Part shown: in pieces, positions 16,312-23,956 of the stretch
How positions within the stretch are numbered: the stretch's first letter is position 1
Layout: each line of letters opens with the position of its first letter
Assembly (NCBI GenBank): GCA_029269845.2
Contig: CP149973.1
Span: 450,001 to 482,000, forward strand
Length of the DNA: 32,000 nucleotides
From: Opitutia bacterium KCR 482
GTDB lineage: Bacteria > Verrucomicrobiota > Verrucomicrobiia > Opitutales > Intestinicryptomonadaceae
Direction of reading: 5' to 3'
Notes under the pieces: model-generated
Told to the model about the DNA's origin: nothing
Database searches by the model: none
What the model saw: the letters and a program-made list of their open reading frames with translations, nothing else
Translations under genes and position numbers: made by a program

Positions 16312-16671
16312 ATGAAAAAAACACTCGTATCAATGCTCGCCGCCTGCGCAATCGTTCTCTGCGGCTGCGGCGCAAACGTAGACGAAAACAAAACGCCCCA
16401 ACAAGCGAAAACCGAAGCCGCGTCGATGGACGCAACCTCACTGCAAAAGCAAATCGACGAATTGAAGGCGTTTATCGCCAAGAAGGAAGTCGAAGCAAAA
16501 GCGGTTGCCGAAAAGATCTCGAAAATCCCGCTCGCCAAACAAATGGGCAACGACGCAAAAGCGTTGAGGGAGGAAGCTTCGAAAATCGCCGACTCCGTCA
16601 AGAAAATCCAAGCCCAGCTCAGCGTGTACGCCGAAGAGCTGAAAGCAAAAGCCGCCGCTCAGACAAAATAA
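16312..16671 (+). CDS. Small helical lipoprotein, 119 aa
   Basis: Signal peptide with the lipobox MKKTLVSMLAACAIVLCGC. The remainder is K/E/A-rich and coiled-coil-like. AAGGA lies upstream of the ATG. Confidence 0.8.
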   Translation: MKKTLVSMLAACAIVLCGCGANVDENKTPQQAKTEAASMDATSLQKQIDELKAFIAKKEVEAKAVAEKISKIPLAKQMGNDAKALREEASKIADSVKKIQAQLSVYAEELKAKAAAQTK

Positions 16672-16687
16672 AGCTTTTACAAAAAAC

Positions 16688-16716
16688 AAAAAAGACCGCT
16701 TCGGCGGTCTTTTTTT
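16688..16716. terminator. Bidirectional Rho-independent terminator
   Basis: Stem AGACCGC/GCGGTCT with a TTCG tetraloop (16693-16710), flanked by an A-run and T7. It lies between convergent genes. Confidence 0.85.
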
Positions 16717-16795
16717 GCGGACTTTCAGCTACGCGGCAGCATGCGCACTGCACCCGCCGCTGCCCGCGGCGCGGCAAATTTCGGGAATCGCCGCC

Positions 16796-17479
16796 CTACC
16801 CTCGCCGCTTCAACACGGCAGCCGACAAGACACAAATTCCGAACGCAAACGCAAACGCCGCAGGCTCTGGAATGCTCGAAGCGTAGGAAAAATCGACAAG
16901 CAGCGGATTGTCCTTGTCCATCTCGAAATTCTGACCGATTGCGCTTATGAAAAACTCGCCGTTCGCAAAATCGACAAGCGAAATGCTGCCAAGCTCGAAA
17001 GTCTCGTCGAGAGTGGAAAGCGTCGCCCTGTAAAATCCGTCGGCACTCTTTTCGAGCGAAAACGAAAGCCCGAAACTCTGCTCGACAGGGGAAAGCACGG
17101 GGAAATCGCGCTCTATCGGAGAACCCGCGCCGGAAGAGGAAATCGAAACGGAAACATTGTCCGCATAGAACTCGACACTCCAACTCACCCATTCGCCGCC
17201 GTCCGCGCCGCGCAGCGTAGCTCCGAACGACGACCCGCCGTCGGCAAAAAGCGACGGCAATTCAAATTCCGCGGAAAATCCGCCGCCGAGCCGCCAGACC
17301 TTTCCCGAATCGAAATAGAGCGCGGAATGCGAAGTTTCGTCGCCGACAAAACGCGCAGTTCCGCCGTCGTACACAACCCCGTAAGAGGGATACGAAAACC
17401 GCCAATCGTTCTCGTCCAAAGCGGCGGCAAACGCATCGGCCGCAACAAAACAAAAGAGCGCCGTCAAAAATTTTTTCAT
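16796..17479 (-). CDS. PEP-CTERM sorting-domain protein, 227 aa
   Basis: N-terminal signal peptide (MKKFLTALFCFVAADAFAAA). The C-terminus IPEPAAFAFAFGICVLSAAVLKRRG gives the PEP motif, a TM helix and a basic tail. Confidence 0.85.
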   Translation of the reverse strand: MKKFLTALFCFVAADAFAAALDENDWRFSYPSYGVVYDGGTARFVGDETSHSALYFDSGKVWRLGGGFSAEFELPSLFADGGSSFGATLRGADGGEWVSWSVEFYADNVSVSISSSGAGSPIERDFPVLSPVEQSFGLSFSLEKSADGFYRATLSTLDETFELGSISLVDFANGEFFISAIGQNFEMDKDNPLLVDFSYASSIPEPAAFAFAFGICVLSAAVLKRRG

Positions 17480-17552
17480 AACAACACCCTAAAATATACC
17501 GCCCCGCCGTCAACTTTCAAAATTCCCCAAAATCGCGCCGCAATCCGAACAC

Positions 17553-17583
17553 AAAAAAAACGCGCCCGCTGGCGCGTTTTTTT
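17553..17583 (-). terminator. Rho-independent terminator ending the mmd/CoA-transferase transcription unit
   Basis: Stem AACGCGCC/GGCGCGTT with a 4-nt loop, embedded in a longer near-perfect palindrome (GAACACAAAAAAAACGCGCC...GGCGCGTTTTTTTGTGTTC). It lies about 25 nt past the stop at 17606. Confidence 0.85.
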
Positions 17584-17605
17584 GTGTTCGGGAAGTGTCC
17601 TGCGG

Positions 17606-19087
17606 TTAGACGTTTGCCTTGTGCATGTCGCCTTCCGCAAGGAACGCTTCGTGGAATGCGTATGCGCGGGCGAGCGTCTGCGGAGTGTGTCCCATCGGAT
17701 CGTCTTTGAGGAACTTACGCAGCAGGTCGCGGTAGCTGGGGTGTGCGCATTTCTCGATGATGATTTCCGCGCGTTCGTACGGAGTCTTGCAACGAAGGTC
17801 GGCGACGCCGTATTCGGTCACGATGATGTTCACGCTGTGTTCGTTGTGATCGCAATGCGAGACATTCGGAACGATTGCGCTTATCATGCCGCCCTTTGCT
17901 ACCGACGGGCATGTGTAAATCGACGTGTATGCCGCGCGGGTGAAGTCGCCGCTGCCGCCGATGCCGTTCATGAGGTTTTTGCCCATGATGTGCGAACTGT
18001 TCACGTTGCCCGAAAGGTCTACTTCAATTGCCGTGTTAATCGAAATAATGCCTATGCGGCGCGCGACTTCGGGGCTGTTCGAAATTTCCTGCGGGCGCAG
18101 AACGAGTCTTTCGCGGAAGAATTTGGGGTTTGCGTAGATTTCCTGAATCTTTGCGGGAGTTACCGTAAGCGACGTCGCGCTTGCGTTCTTGATTCTGCCG
18201 TGTTCGATAAGCTCGATTACCGAGTCCTGCAAAACTTCCGAGTACATCGAGAATGCGGGAATGTCGGGGTTGTTGCCGAGTGCGCCGAGAACCGCGTTTG
18301 CGATGTTGCCGACGCCGCTTTGAATGGGCAGGAACGAGTCGGGAATTCTGCCTGCCTTCATTTCGCTTGCGAGGAAGTCGGCAACGTTTTGTCCGATTTT
18401 TTCGGTAATCGGATCGCTGGGTTTGAAGGGCTTTACTTCGTCGGCCTTGTTCGTGAGCACAATGCCCGCGATTTTGCTCGGGTCGATTTTAACGACCTTC
18501 GAGCCGATTCTGTCGCCCGCCGAGTAAATCGGAATTTCGCGGCGGTGCGGCGGATTCGCCGTTTCGTAGATGTCGTGAAAGCCGCAAAGCTCCTTCGAGT
18601 GGTACGAGTTCAGTTCGATGAGAACCTTTTCGGCGAGTTTCAAGCCCGTAGGGGCAATGCCGACCGACGTCGTAAGAAGGATTTGGCCGTCGTCGGAAAC
18701 GTCCGCCGCTTCGACAATCGCCCAGTCGAACTTGCCCATGAAGCCGTAGTTCATGTACTGGGGAGTCATCGACAGGTGGAGGTCGGTATATTTAAGCTCG
18801 TTTTTGTTTGCCCCGCCCCTGAGGTCGGCATTCGACTGGTAGGGGGCGCGGTAGTTGATTGCGTGCGCGCGCGCGAGAACGCCGTCGCACGAGTCGCCCG
18901 TGGACGCGCCCGTGATTATATTGATTTTGAAAGGTCTGCCCGCCGCGTGTTCGGCTTCGGCGCGGCGCGCAATCGCGCCGGGGATTTCCTTCGTCGCGCC
19001 CGCGGGGGTGAAGCCGCTGAACGCAATTTGTTGACCGTTTTGGATAAGGCTCGCAGCCTCGTCCGCTGACATTATGGTATATTTCAT
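17606..19087 (-). CDS. scpC: Succinate/propionyl-CoA:succinate CoA-transferase (acetyl-CoA hydrolase/transferase family), 493 aa
   Basis: Collinear similarity over the full length to E. coli ScpC/YgfH as I recall it. Shared segments include FSGFTPAG, YRAPYQ, DLHLS, LRPQEISNSPE..RR.G, MNGIGGSGDF, SHCDHNEHSV and CAHPSYRD. Confidence 0.85.
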   Translation of the reverse strand: MKYTIMSADEAASLIQNGQQIAFSGFTPAGATKEIPGAIARRAEAEHAAGRPFKINIITGASTGDSCDGVLARAHAINYRAPYQSNADLRGGANKNELKYTDLHLSMTPQYMNYGFMGKFDWAIVEAADVSDDGQILLTTSVGIAPTGLKLAEKVLIELNSYHSKELCGFHDIYETANPPHRREIPIYSAGDRIGSKVVKIDPSKIAGIVLTNKADEVKPFKPSDPITEKIGQNVADFLASEMKAGRIPDSFLPIQSGVGNIANAVLGALGNNPDIPAFSMYSEVLQDSVIELIEHGRIKNASATSLTVTPAKIQEIYANPKFFRERLVLRPQEISNSPEVARRIGIISINTAIEVDLSGNVNSSHIMGKNLMNGIGGSGDFTRAAYTSIYTCPSVAKGGMISAIVPNVSHCDHNEHSVNIIVTEYGVADLRCKTPYERAEIIIEKCAHPSYRDLLRKFLKDDPMGHTPQTLARAYAFHEAFLAEGDMHKANV

Positions 19088-19140
19088 TTTAATTTTGCGT
19101 TGAAGTGTTTTGCGGTTGTCGGGCAGACGCCCGAATAATA

Positions 19141-19165
19141 AAAAAGACGGCGCGGATTCCGCGCC
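19141..19165 (-). terminator. Terminator-like hairpin between mmdB and the CoA-transferase gene
   Basis: Stem GGCGCGG/CCGCGCC (19149-19165, 3-nt loop). On the minus strand it is followed by GTCTTTTTTATTATT. It may be a partial terminator or an mRNA-stabilising hairpin. Confidence 0.5.
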
Positions 19166-19180
19166 ATCTACCGATGAATT

Positions 19181-20764
19181 TTAGTGCGCAAGCGTCGCGA
19201 TAAAGAAGCCCGCGACCATTGCCGTTCCGATGACGCCCGCTACGTTCGGACCCATTGCGTGCATGAGAAGGAAGTTCGACGGGTCGGCTTTCTGACCCTC
19301 AACCTGTGAGACTCTCGCCGCCATCGGCACGGCCGAAACGCCCGCCGAGCCGATAAGCGGATTGATTTTTTCCTTCAAGAACAAATTCATGAACTTTGCA
19401 ATTACCACGCCCGCCGCCGTCGAGAAGCCAAACGCAACCACGCCCAGCGCGAGAATCGAAAGCGTATCCACGCGAATGAACCTGTCGCCAGTCATCGTTA
19501 TGCCGACCGACGTTCCGAGGAACACCGTTACGATGTTGATTGTCTCGTTTTGCGCCGCCTTGCTGAGGCGTTCGCAGACGCCGCACTCGCGAATGAAGTT
19601 GCCGAGCATGAGCATGCCGATAAGCGCGGAAACGTCGGGCACAAGCAGAATGCAGAAAATCGTTACGACCAGCGCGAACACGAGCTTTTCCAAGCGCGAC
19701 ACTTTGCGCAGGCTTTTCATGCGGATTTTGCGTTCGGCCTCCGTCGTGAGCGCGCGCATAATCGGCGGCTGGATAATCGGCACAAGCGCCATGTAGCTGT
19801 ACGCCGCGACCGCAATCGGGGCGAGAATGTGGGGCGCGAGTTTGTTCGAGATGAAAATCGAAGTCGGGCCGTCCGCGCCGCCGATAATGCCGATTGACGC
19901 CGCCTCGCGGGCGTTGAAGCCGCACAGGCAGATTGCGCCGATGAACGTGATGAACACGCCGAACTGCGCCGCGCCGCCGAGCAAAAGCATTTTCGGGTTT
20001 GCGATAAGCGGGCCGAAGTCAGTCAACGCGCCGACGCCGAGGAAAATGAGGGGCGGGAAGATTTCGAGCAGAACGCCCTTTTGAATGTAGTAGTACAGAC
20101 CGCCAACGCGCGGGCTGTAAACGTCGGCGACGGTTTCGCCGTAGACGGCTTTCGAGCCTGCCGCGAGCGAAACTTCCGTTATCGTGCCCGATGTCGAAGC
20201 CCAGACAAAGAGGTCGCTCCCCTTTATTTCGACAAGTCTGCCTTTATAGGACACAGTAAACGACATTGCCGCTTCCGACGCCTCTTTTCCCGAAGACGCC
20301 TTGGCGGAGTCGGGGCGGATTATCGCGACCAAATCGGGAATTCCCTTTGCCTTTTCGAAAACGTCCGAGCGTCCCTCTGCGGAGGTCGCCTTTGCGAGAG
20401 CCGCGAAAAACGCGTCTACGTCCGACTTCGCCGTGGCGTCGCTTTTGATGACGTCCGACACCCTAACGGGCGTCTGGCGGACGACGCGCGGCACATAAAC
20501 CGAGTCTCCCTTTTGTACGAAAACCGAACGCACCGTTCCCGCCGCGGGAGCGACGAGCGGTTCGGCGGGCTTGTTCAGCACGCCCTCTGTCGGCAGGTTG
20601 GCGAGCAATGCGCCGAACGCAATCGGGACAAGCAACAGCGGCTCGAACTGCTTGAATACCGCAAGGTAAAGCAAAACGAAAACCACAAGCCACATCACGA
20701 CCATGCGCCAATCGACGTAGAAAAACCCCGTATCGAAGGCCAAATCTATTAAACTTTGTAGCAT
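19181..20764 (-). CDS. mmdB: Na+-translocating decarboxylase beta subunit (methylmalonyl-CoA/oxaloacetate decarboxylase pump subunit) with a large internal insertion, 527 aa
   Basis: Start at MLQSLIDL (track Met at 20875 rejected). Family core motifs are present: FEPLLLVPIAFGALLANLP, PPLIFLGVGALTDFGPLIANP, IGIIGGADGPT, AAYSYMALVPIIQPPIMRALTT, INPLIGSAGVSAVPMAARV and LLMHAMGPNVAGVIG. About 160 extra residues follow the first helix. Confidence 0.9.
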   Translation of the reverse strand: MLQSLIDLAFDTGFFYVDWRMVVMWLVVFVLLYLAVFKQFEPLLLVPIAFGALLANLPTEGVLNKPAEPLVAPAAGTVRSVFVQKGDSVYVPRVVRQTPVRVSDVIKSDATAKSDVDAFFAALAKATSAEGRSDVFEKAKGIPDLVAIIRPDSAKASSGKEASEAAMSFTVSYKGRLVEIKGSDLFVWASTSGTITEVSLAAGSKAVYGETVADVYSPRVGGLYYYIQKGVLLEIFPPLIFLGVGALTDFGPLIANPKMLLLGGAAQFGVFITFIGAICLCGFNAREAASIGIIGGADGPTSIFISNKLAPHILAPIAVAAYSYMALVPIIQPPIMRALTTEAERKIRMKSLRKVSRLEKLVFALVVTIFCILLVPDVSALIGMLMLGNFIRECGVCERLSKAAQNETINIVTVFLGTSVGITMTGDRFIRVDTLSILALGVVAFGFSTAAGVVIAKFMNLFLKEKINPLIGSAGVSAVPMAARVSQVEGQKADPSNFLLMHAMGPNVAGVIGTAMVAGFFIATLAH

Positions 20765-20893
20765 TTGATTATAAATTAAGGATTGTCGTTGCACAAAAAC
20801 GGAATCGCGCAGGATTCCGCGAACGATAACAAATCCGCCGAAAATCGGCTCGCAAATTATGCGGCGCGCCGCCAAAACGGCGGCGCAACTTCG

Positions 20894-21301
20894 TTATGCG
20901 ATTGCGACCAAAGGCTGGCCTTCCTGTACGCTCTGTCCTGCGGCGACGTAGATTTTGGAAACCGTACCCGCCCTGTCGGAATTGATGGGGGTGCTCATCT
21001 TCATGGCTTCGAGCGTTACGAGCAGGTCGCCCGCCTTTACCGTCTGGCCTTCCTTAACGTTGACTGCAACGACCGTCGCCGCGAGGGGGCATGCAACGTC
21101 GCCTGCGCCTGCCGCCGCGGGCGCGGGAGCAGCCGCTTTTGGAGCGGGAGCGGGCGCGGGAGCTACGGGAGCCGCCGCAACGGGTGCGGGAGTAGCGGGG
21201 GCTACCGCCGCAGGGGCAGCGGGTGCCGCGTTCGACGAGCCGAGAACTTCGACTTCTACTTCGTATACTTTGCCTTCAACTGTGATGCGTAATTTTTTCA
21301 T
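20894..21301 (-). CDS. mmdC: Biotin carboxyl carrier subunit of the decarboxylase (gamma subunit), 135 aa
   Basis: N-terminal MKKLRITVEGKVYEVEVEV, a Pro/Ala linker, and a C-terminal biotinyl domain with the EAMKM biotinylation motif. Confidence 0.92.
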   Translation of the reverse strand: MKKLRITVEGKVYEVEVEVLGSSNAAPAAPAAVAPATPAPVAAAPVAPAPAPAPKAAAPAPAAAGAGDVACPLAATVVAVNVKEGQTVKAGDLLVTLEAMKMSTPINSDRAGTVSKIYVAAGQSVQEGQPLVAIA

Positions 21302-21329
21302 AAATTATTTTTCTTATCCGTTTTTATTG

Positions 21330-21770
21330 TTATTTTGCCCTTATGGGGGTGAAAGATTTTGACGCAAAAAGCTGCGCCCTGCCCTGATGCGCGTATGACA
21401 TGTCGGGCACGAGTTTTACCGAAACGACCCTGCATTCGTCGTCGAGAGCCGCCGTTGCCGCCGCCGAGAGAACCGCCACGAGTTCGGAGTTGTCGGCTTT
21501 AAGCTGGGGCATCATCGCCGCGACAGCCGCCGCTACAACAAACGCGTGTTCGGGATTTTCGATTTCAGAGACGTCGCGCACTTTCTGGACTTTCGGGGCT
21601 TCCGCCTTTTTTGCCGCGGATTTGTCGAAAGCCGAAAAGAAGCGTCCCGCGGTGGAAGTCAATATCGACAAAACCGCGAGAACAAACATCACGACGCCGA
21701 AACCGAGTGCCGAAAATATCAACATTTCCGACATCGTAGGTTTCAGACCAATTAATGCTGCAATAAACAT
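21330..21770 (-). CDS. mmdD: OadG-like membrane anchor (delta) subunit of the decarboxylase, about 134-146 aa
   Basis: A single N-terminal TM helix (LIFSALGFGVVMFVLAVLSILTS) followed by a charged/Ala-rich tail. It sits between the carboxyltransferase and the biotin carrier as in Veillonella mmd operons. The start is ambiguous (21770 or MSEML at 21734). Confidence 0.7.
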   Translation of the reverse strand: MFIAALIGLKPTMSEMLIFSALGFGVVMFVLAVLSILTSTAGRFFSAFDKSAAKKAEAPKVQKVRDVSEIENPEHAFVVAAAVAAMMPQLKADNSELVAVLSAAATAALDDECRVVSVKLVPDMSYAHQGRAQLFASKSFTPIRAK

Positions 21771-21812
21771 ATTCGTTTTGGGTTGTGCGGCGGCTTGCGC
21801 CGCCGCGCGTTA

Positions 21813-23375
21813 TTACATCGGAATGTTGCCGTGTTTCTTTGGCAGGCGCGTTTCGCGTTTTCCGATTGTCGCCCTCAACGCCATTGCGATTGCCCCGCGG
21901 GTTTCGGCGGGTTCGATTACCGAGGTAATCATGCCCTTGCTCGCCGCCTGATAGGGGCTTTCAAACTTTTCGCTGTATTCGGCGCGGTATTTCGCCGCCA
22001 ATTCCTCGCGCTTTGCGGGGTCTTCGATGGCTTTAAGCTCCTTGCCGTACAGAACGTTGACTGCGCCCTTTGCGCCCATGACCGCAATTTCGGCGGTCGG
22101 CCACGCAAGAACCATGTCCGCGCCCATGTCTACGCAGCACATTGCAAGATACGCGCCGCCGTAAGCCTTGCGCATAATGAGAGTGATTTTGGGGACTGTC
22201 GCCGAAGCGTACGCAAAGAGCATTTTCGCGCCGTGGCGGATAATGCCGCCGCGTTCCTGCGCCAAGCCCGGCATGAATCCGGGGACGTCCACGAGGTTTA
22301 CAATCGGAACGTTGAAGACGTTGCAGGTGCGGATAAAGCGCGATGCCTTGTCGGAGGCGTCGATATCGAGGCAGCCCGCCTTGAAATTGGGCTGGTTTGC
22401 GATGATTCCGACGACTATCCCTTCGATTCTCGCGAAGCCCACGACGATGTTGCGGGCGAAATTCGCCTGAATTTCGAAGAAGTCTCCGCCGTCTACAATG
22501 CGGTTGATGACCGACTTGACGTCGTAGCCCTGAGCGGAAGTTTCGGGAACGATGTTGTTAAGCTCTGGGTCGTAGGTTTTTTCGAGCGGCACGGAGAAAT
22601 CGTGCGGCGGTTCCTGCATGTTATTTGAGGGCAGGAACGAAAGGAGTTTTTCGGCGAGTTCGAGCGCGTGCTTGTCGTCTTCGGCGACAAGGTGGATATT
22701 GCCCGAAACCGAAGCGTGCGCGTTCGCCGTGGCGAACATGTCAACCGACGCCTCTTCGCCCGTCGCCGCCTTGATGACCTGCGGCCCGCAGATGAAGAGG
22801 TTGGAGTTCTGCTTCGTCATGATGATGAAGTCCATGAGGGCGGGGCTGTAAGCCGCGCCGCCCGCGCAGGGGCCGGCGATGATTGAAATCTGCGGAACCA
22901 CGCCCGAAGCCGCCACGTTCTGGTAGAAAATCTGCCCGTAGCCGGAGAGCGATTCGACGCCCTCCTGAATGCGCGCGCCGCCGCTGTCGTTGACGCCCAC
23001 AACGGGCATGCCGTTCTTGGCGGCGAATTTGAGAAGGTCTACGATTTTCTTTGCGTGGTTTGCGCCGAGCGAGCCGCCGAACACCGTGAAGTCTTGGCTG
23101 AACGCCGCCACGGGGCGACCCTTTACCAGACCGACGCCCGTAATGACGCCGTCGGTGGGCAGTTCCTTTTTTTCCATTCCGAAATTGTGGCAGCTGTGTT
23201 GCACGAACATGCCGAATTCCTGAAACGAACCCGCGTCGAAGAGCGATTCTATTCTTTGTCGGGCGGTGAGCAGCCCCTTTGCGTTGCGAGCCTCCAATTT
23301 AGCCTTGCCGCCCGCATTGATCGCGGCGTCGCGGCGTTTGATGAGGTCGTCCATCAATTTTTTTGCGATTGCCAT
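21813..23375 (-). CDS. mmdA: Methylmalonyl-CoA decarboxylase alpha subunit / carboxyltransferase (propionyl-CoA carboxylase beta-chain family), 520 aa
   Basis: Full-length carboxyltransferase: LTARQRIESLFDAGSFQEFG, DFTVFGGSLG, NDSGGARIQEG, and the C-terminal half with FVDVPGFMPG and AYGGAY. Confidence 0.93.
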   Translation of the reverse strand: MAIAKKLMDDLIKRRDAAINAGGKAKLEARNAKGLLTARQRIESLFDAGSFQEFGMFVQHSCHNFGMEKKELPTDGVITGVGLVKGRPVAAFSQDFTVFGGSLGANHAKKIVDLLKFAAKNGMPVVGVNDSGGARIQEGVESLSGYGQIFYQNVAASGVVPQISIIAGPCAGGAAYSPALMDFIIMTKQNSNLFICGPQVIKAATGEEASVDMFATANAHASVSGNIHLVAEDDKHALELAEKLLSFLPSNNMQEPPHDFSVPLEKTYDPELNNIVPETSAQGYDVKSVINRIVDGGDFFEIQANFARNIVVGFARIEGIVVGIIANQPNFKAGCLDIDASDKASRFIRTCNVFNVPIVNLVDVPGFMPGLAQERGGIIRHGAKMLFAYASATVPKITLIMRKAYGGAYLAMCCVDMGADMVLAWPTAEIAVMGAKGAVNVLYGKELKAIEDPAKREELAAKYRAEYSEKFESPYQAASKGMITSVIEPAETRGAIAMALRATIGKRETRLPKKHGNIPM

Positions 23376-23401
23376 AAATTAGACGTAATAAGTTGAAGCC
23401 G

Positions 23402-23809
23402 TTATTCGCCGTCCTGACAAAATTCCGTGAGGACGCCCTTTGTGAACTTGGGGTGGAGGAACGCGATTTTCTTGGAATGCGCGCCGATTTTCGGCTCTTC
23501 GTTGATAAGCCCCACGCCCGCGGCTTTCGCTTTTGCGAGGTCGTCGAGAATGGAGTCGCTATTGAAGGCGACATGGTGTACGCCGCCGTGGGGATTTTTT
23601 TCGAGAAATTTTGCTATCGGGCTGTCGGGCGAAGTGGGTTCGAGCAGTTCGATATGGACGCCGCCCACGCTGAAAAACGCAGTCTTAACTTTTTGTTCCG
23701 CAACTTCTTCCACTCCTTCGCACTTAAATCCGAGTGCATTTTCATAGTATGGAACGGCATCGTCAATCGATTTCACGGCGATACCGATATGGTCTATTTT
23801 TTTCAACAT
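23402..23809 (-). CDS. mce: Methylmalonyl-CoA epimerase (VOC/glyoxalase fold), 135 aa
   Basis: Start at MLKKIDHIGIAVKSIDDAVPYYENALG (track Met at 23944 rejected). HIELLEP and GGVHHVAF are metal-ligand motifs. GAAAGG RBS upstream. Confidence 0.9.
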   Translation of the reverse strand: MLKKIDHIGIAVKSIDDAVPYYENALGFKCEGVEEVAEQKVKTAFFSVGGVHIELLEPTSPDSPIAKFLEKNPHGGVHHVAFNSDSILDDLAKAKAAGVGLINEEPKIGAHSKKIAFLHPKFTKGVLTEFCQDGE

Positions 23810-23840
23810 GCTAAGCCTTTCGTTTTTTAACTGTAGCCAA

Positions 23841-23868
23841 AAGTTATGTTCGGCGGCGTTAATGTCAA
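23841..23868 (-). promoter_or_regulatory. Candidate sigma70-type promoter of the mce-mmd operon
   Basis: Minus-strand TTGACA (23868-23863), a 16-nt spacer, then TAACTT (23846-23841), about 30 nt upstream of the mce ATG. The -10 element matches only at the T1, A2 and T6 positions. Confidence 0.35.
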
Positions 23869-23911
23869 TAAATTTTGAAAAATAAATCGGCGGACGGGGT
23901 GGCAAATAAAC

Positions 23912-23939
23912 AAAAAAGCCCCGATGGGGAATCGGGGCT
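23912..23939 (-). terminator. Rho-independent terminator of the tandem glycosidase genes
   Basis: Stem AGCCCCGA/TCGGGGCT (23917-23924/23932-23939). On the minus strand it is followed by TTTTTT. It lies 18 nt past the stop at 23957. Confidence 0.85.
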
Positions 23940-23956
23940 TGCAATCGATAAACGGC

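Noticed and set aside
16715-19069. 784-aa plus-strand ORF
   Set aside because: It is antisense to the PEP-CTERM gene and the CoA-transferase gene. It crosses a strong terminator palindrome and is Arg-rich and repetitive.
20768-20773. TATAAT hexamer (minus strand) 3 nt upstream of the mmdB ATG, suggesting an internal promoter or leaderless mRNA
   Set aside because: It is too close, because a start site 6-8 nt downstream would fall inside the ORF. The N-terminus from this ATG aligns with beta-subunit N-termini. The hexamer is probably just AT-rich spacer sequence.
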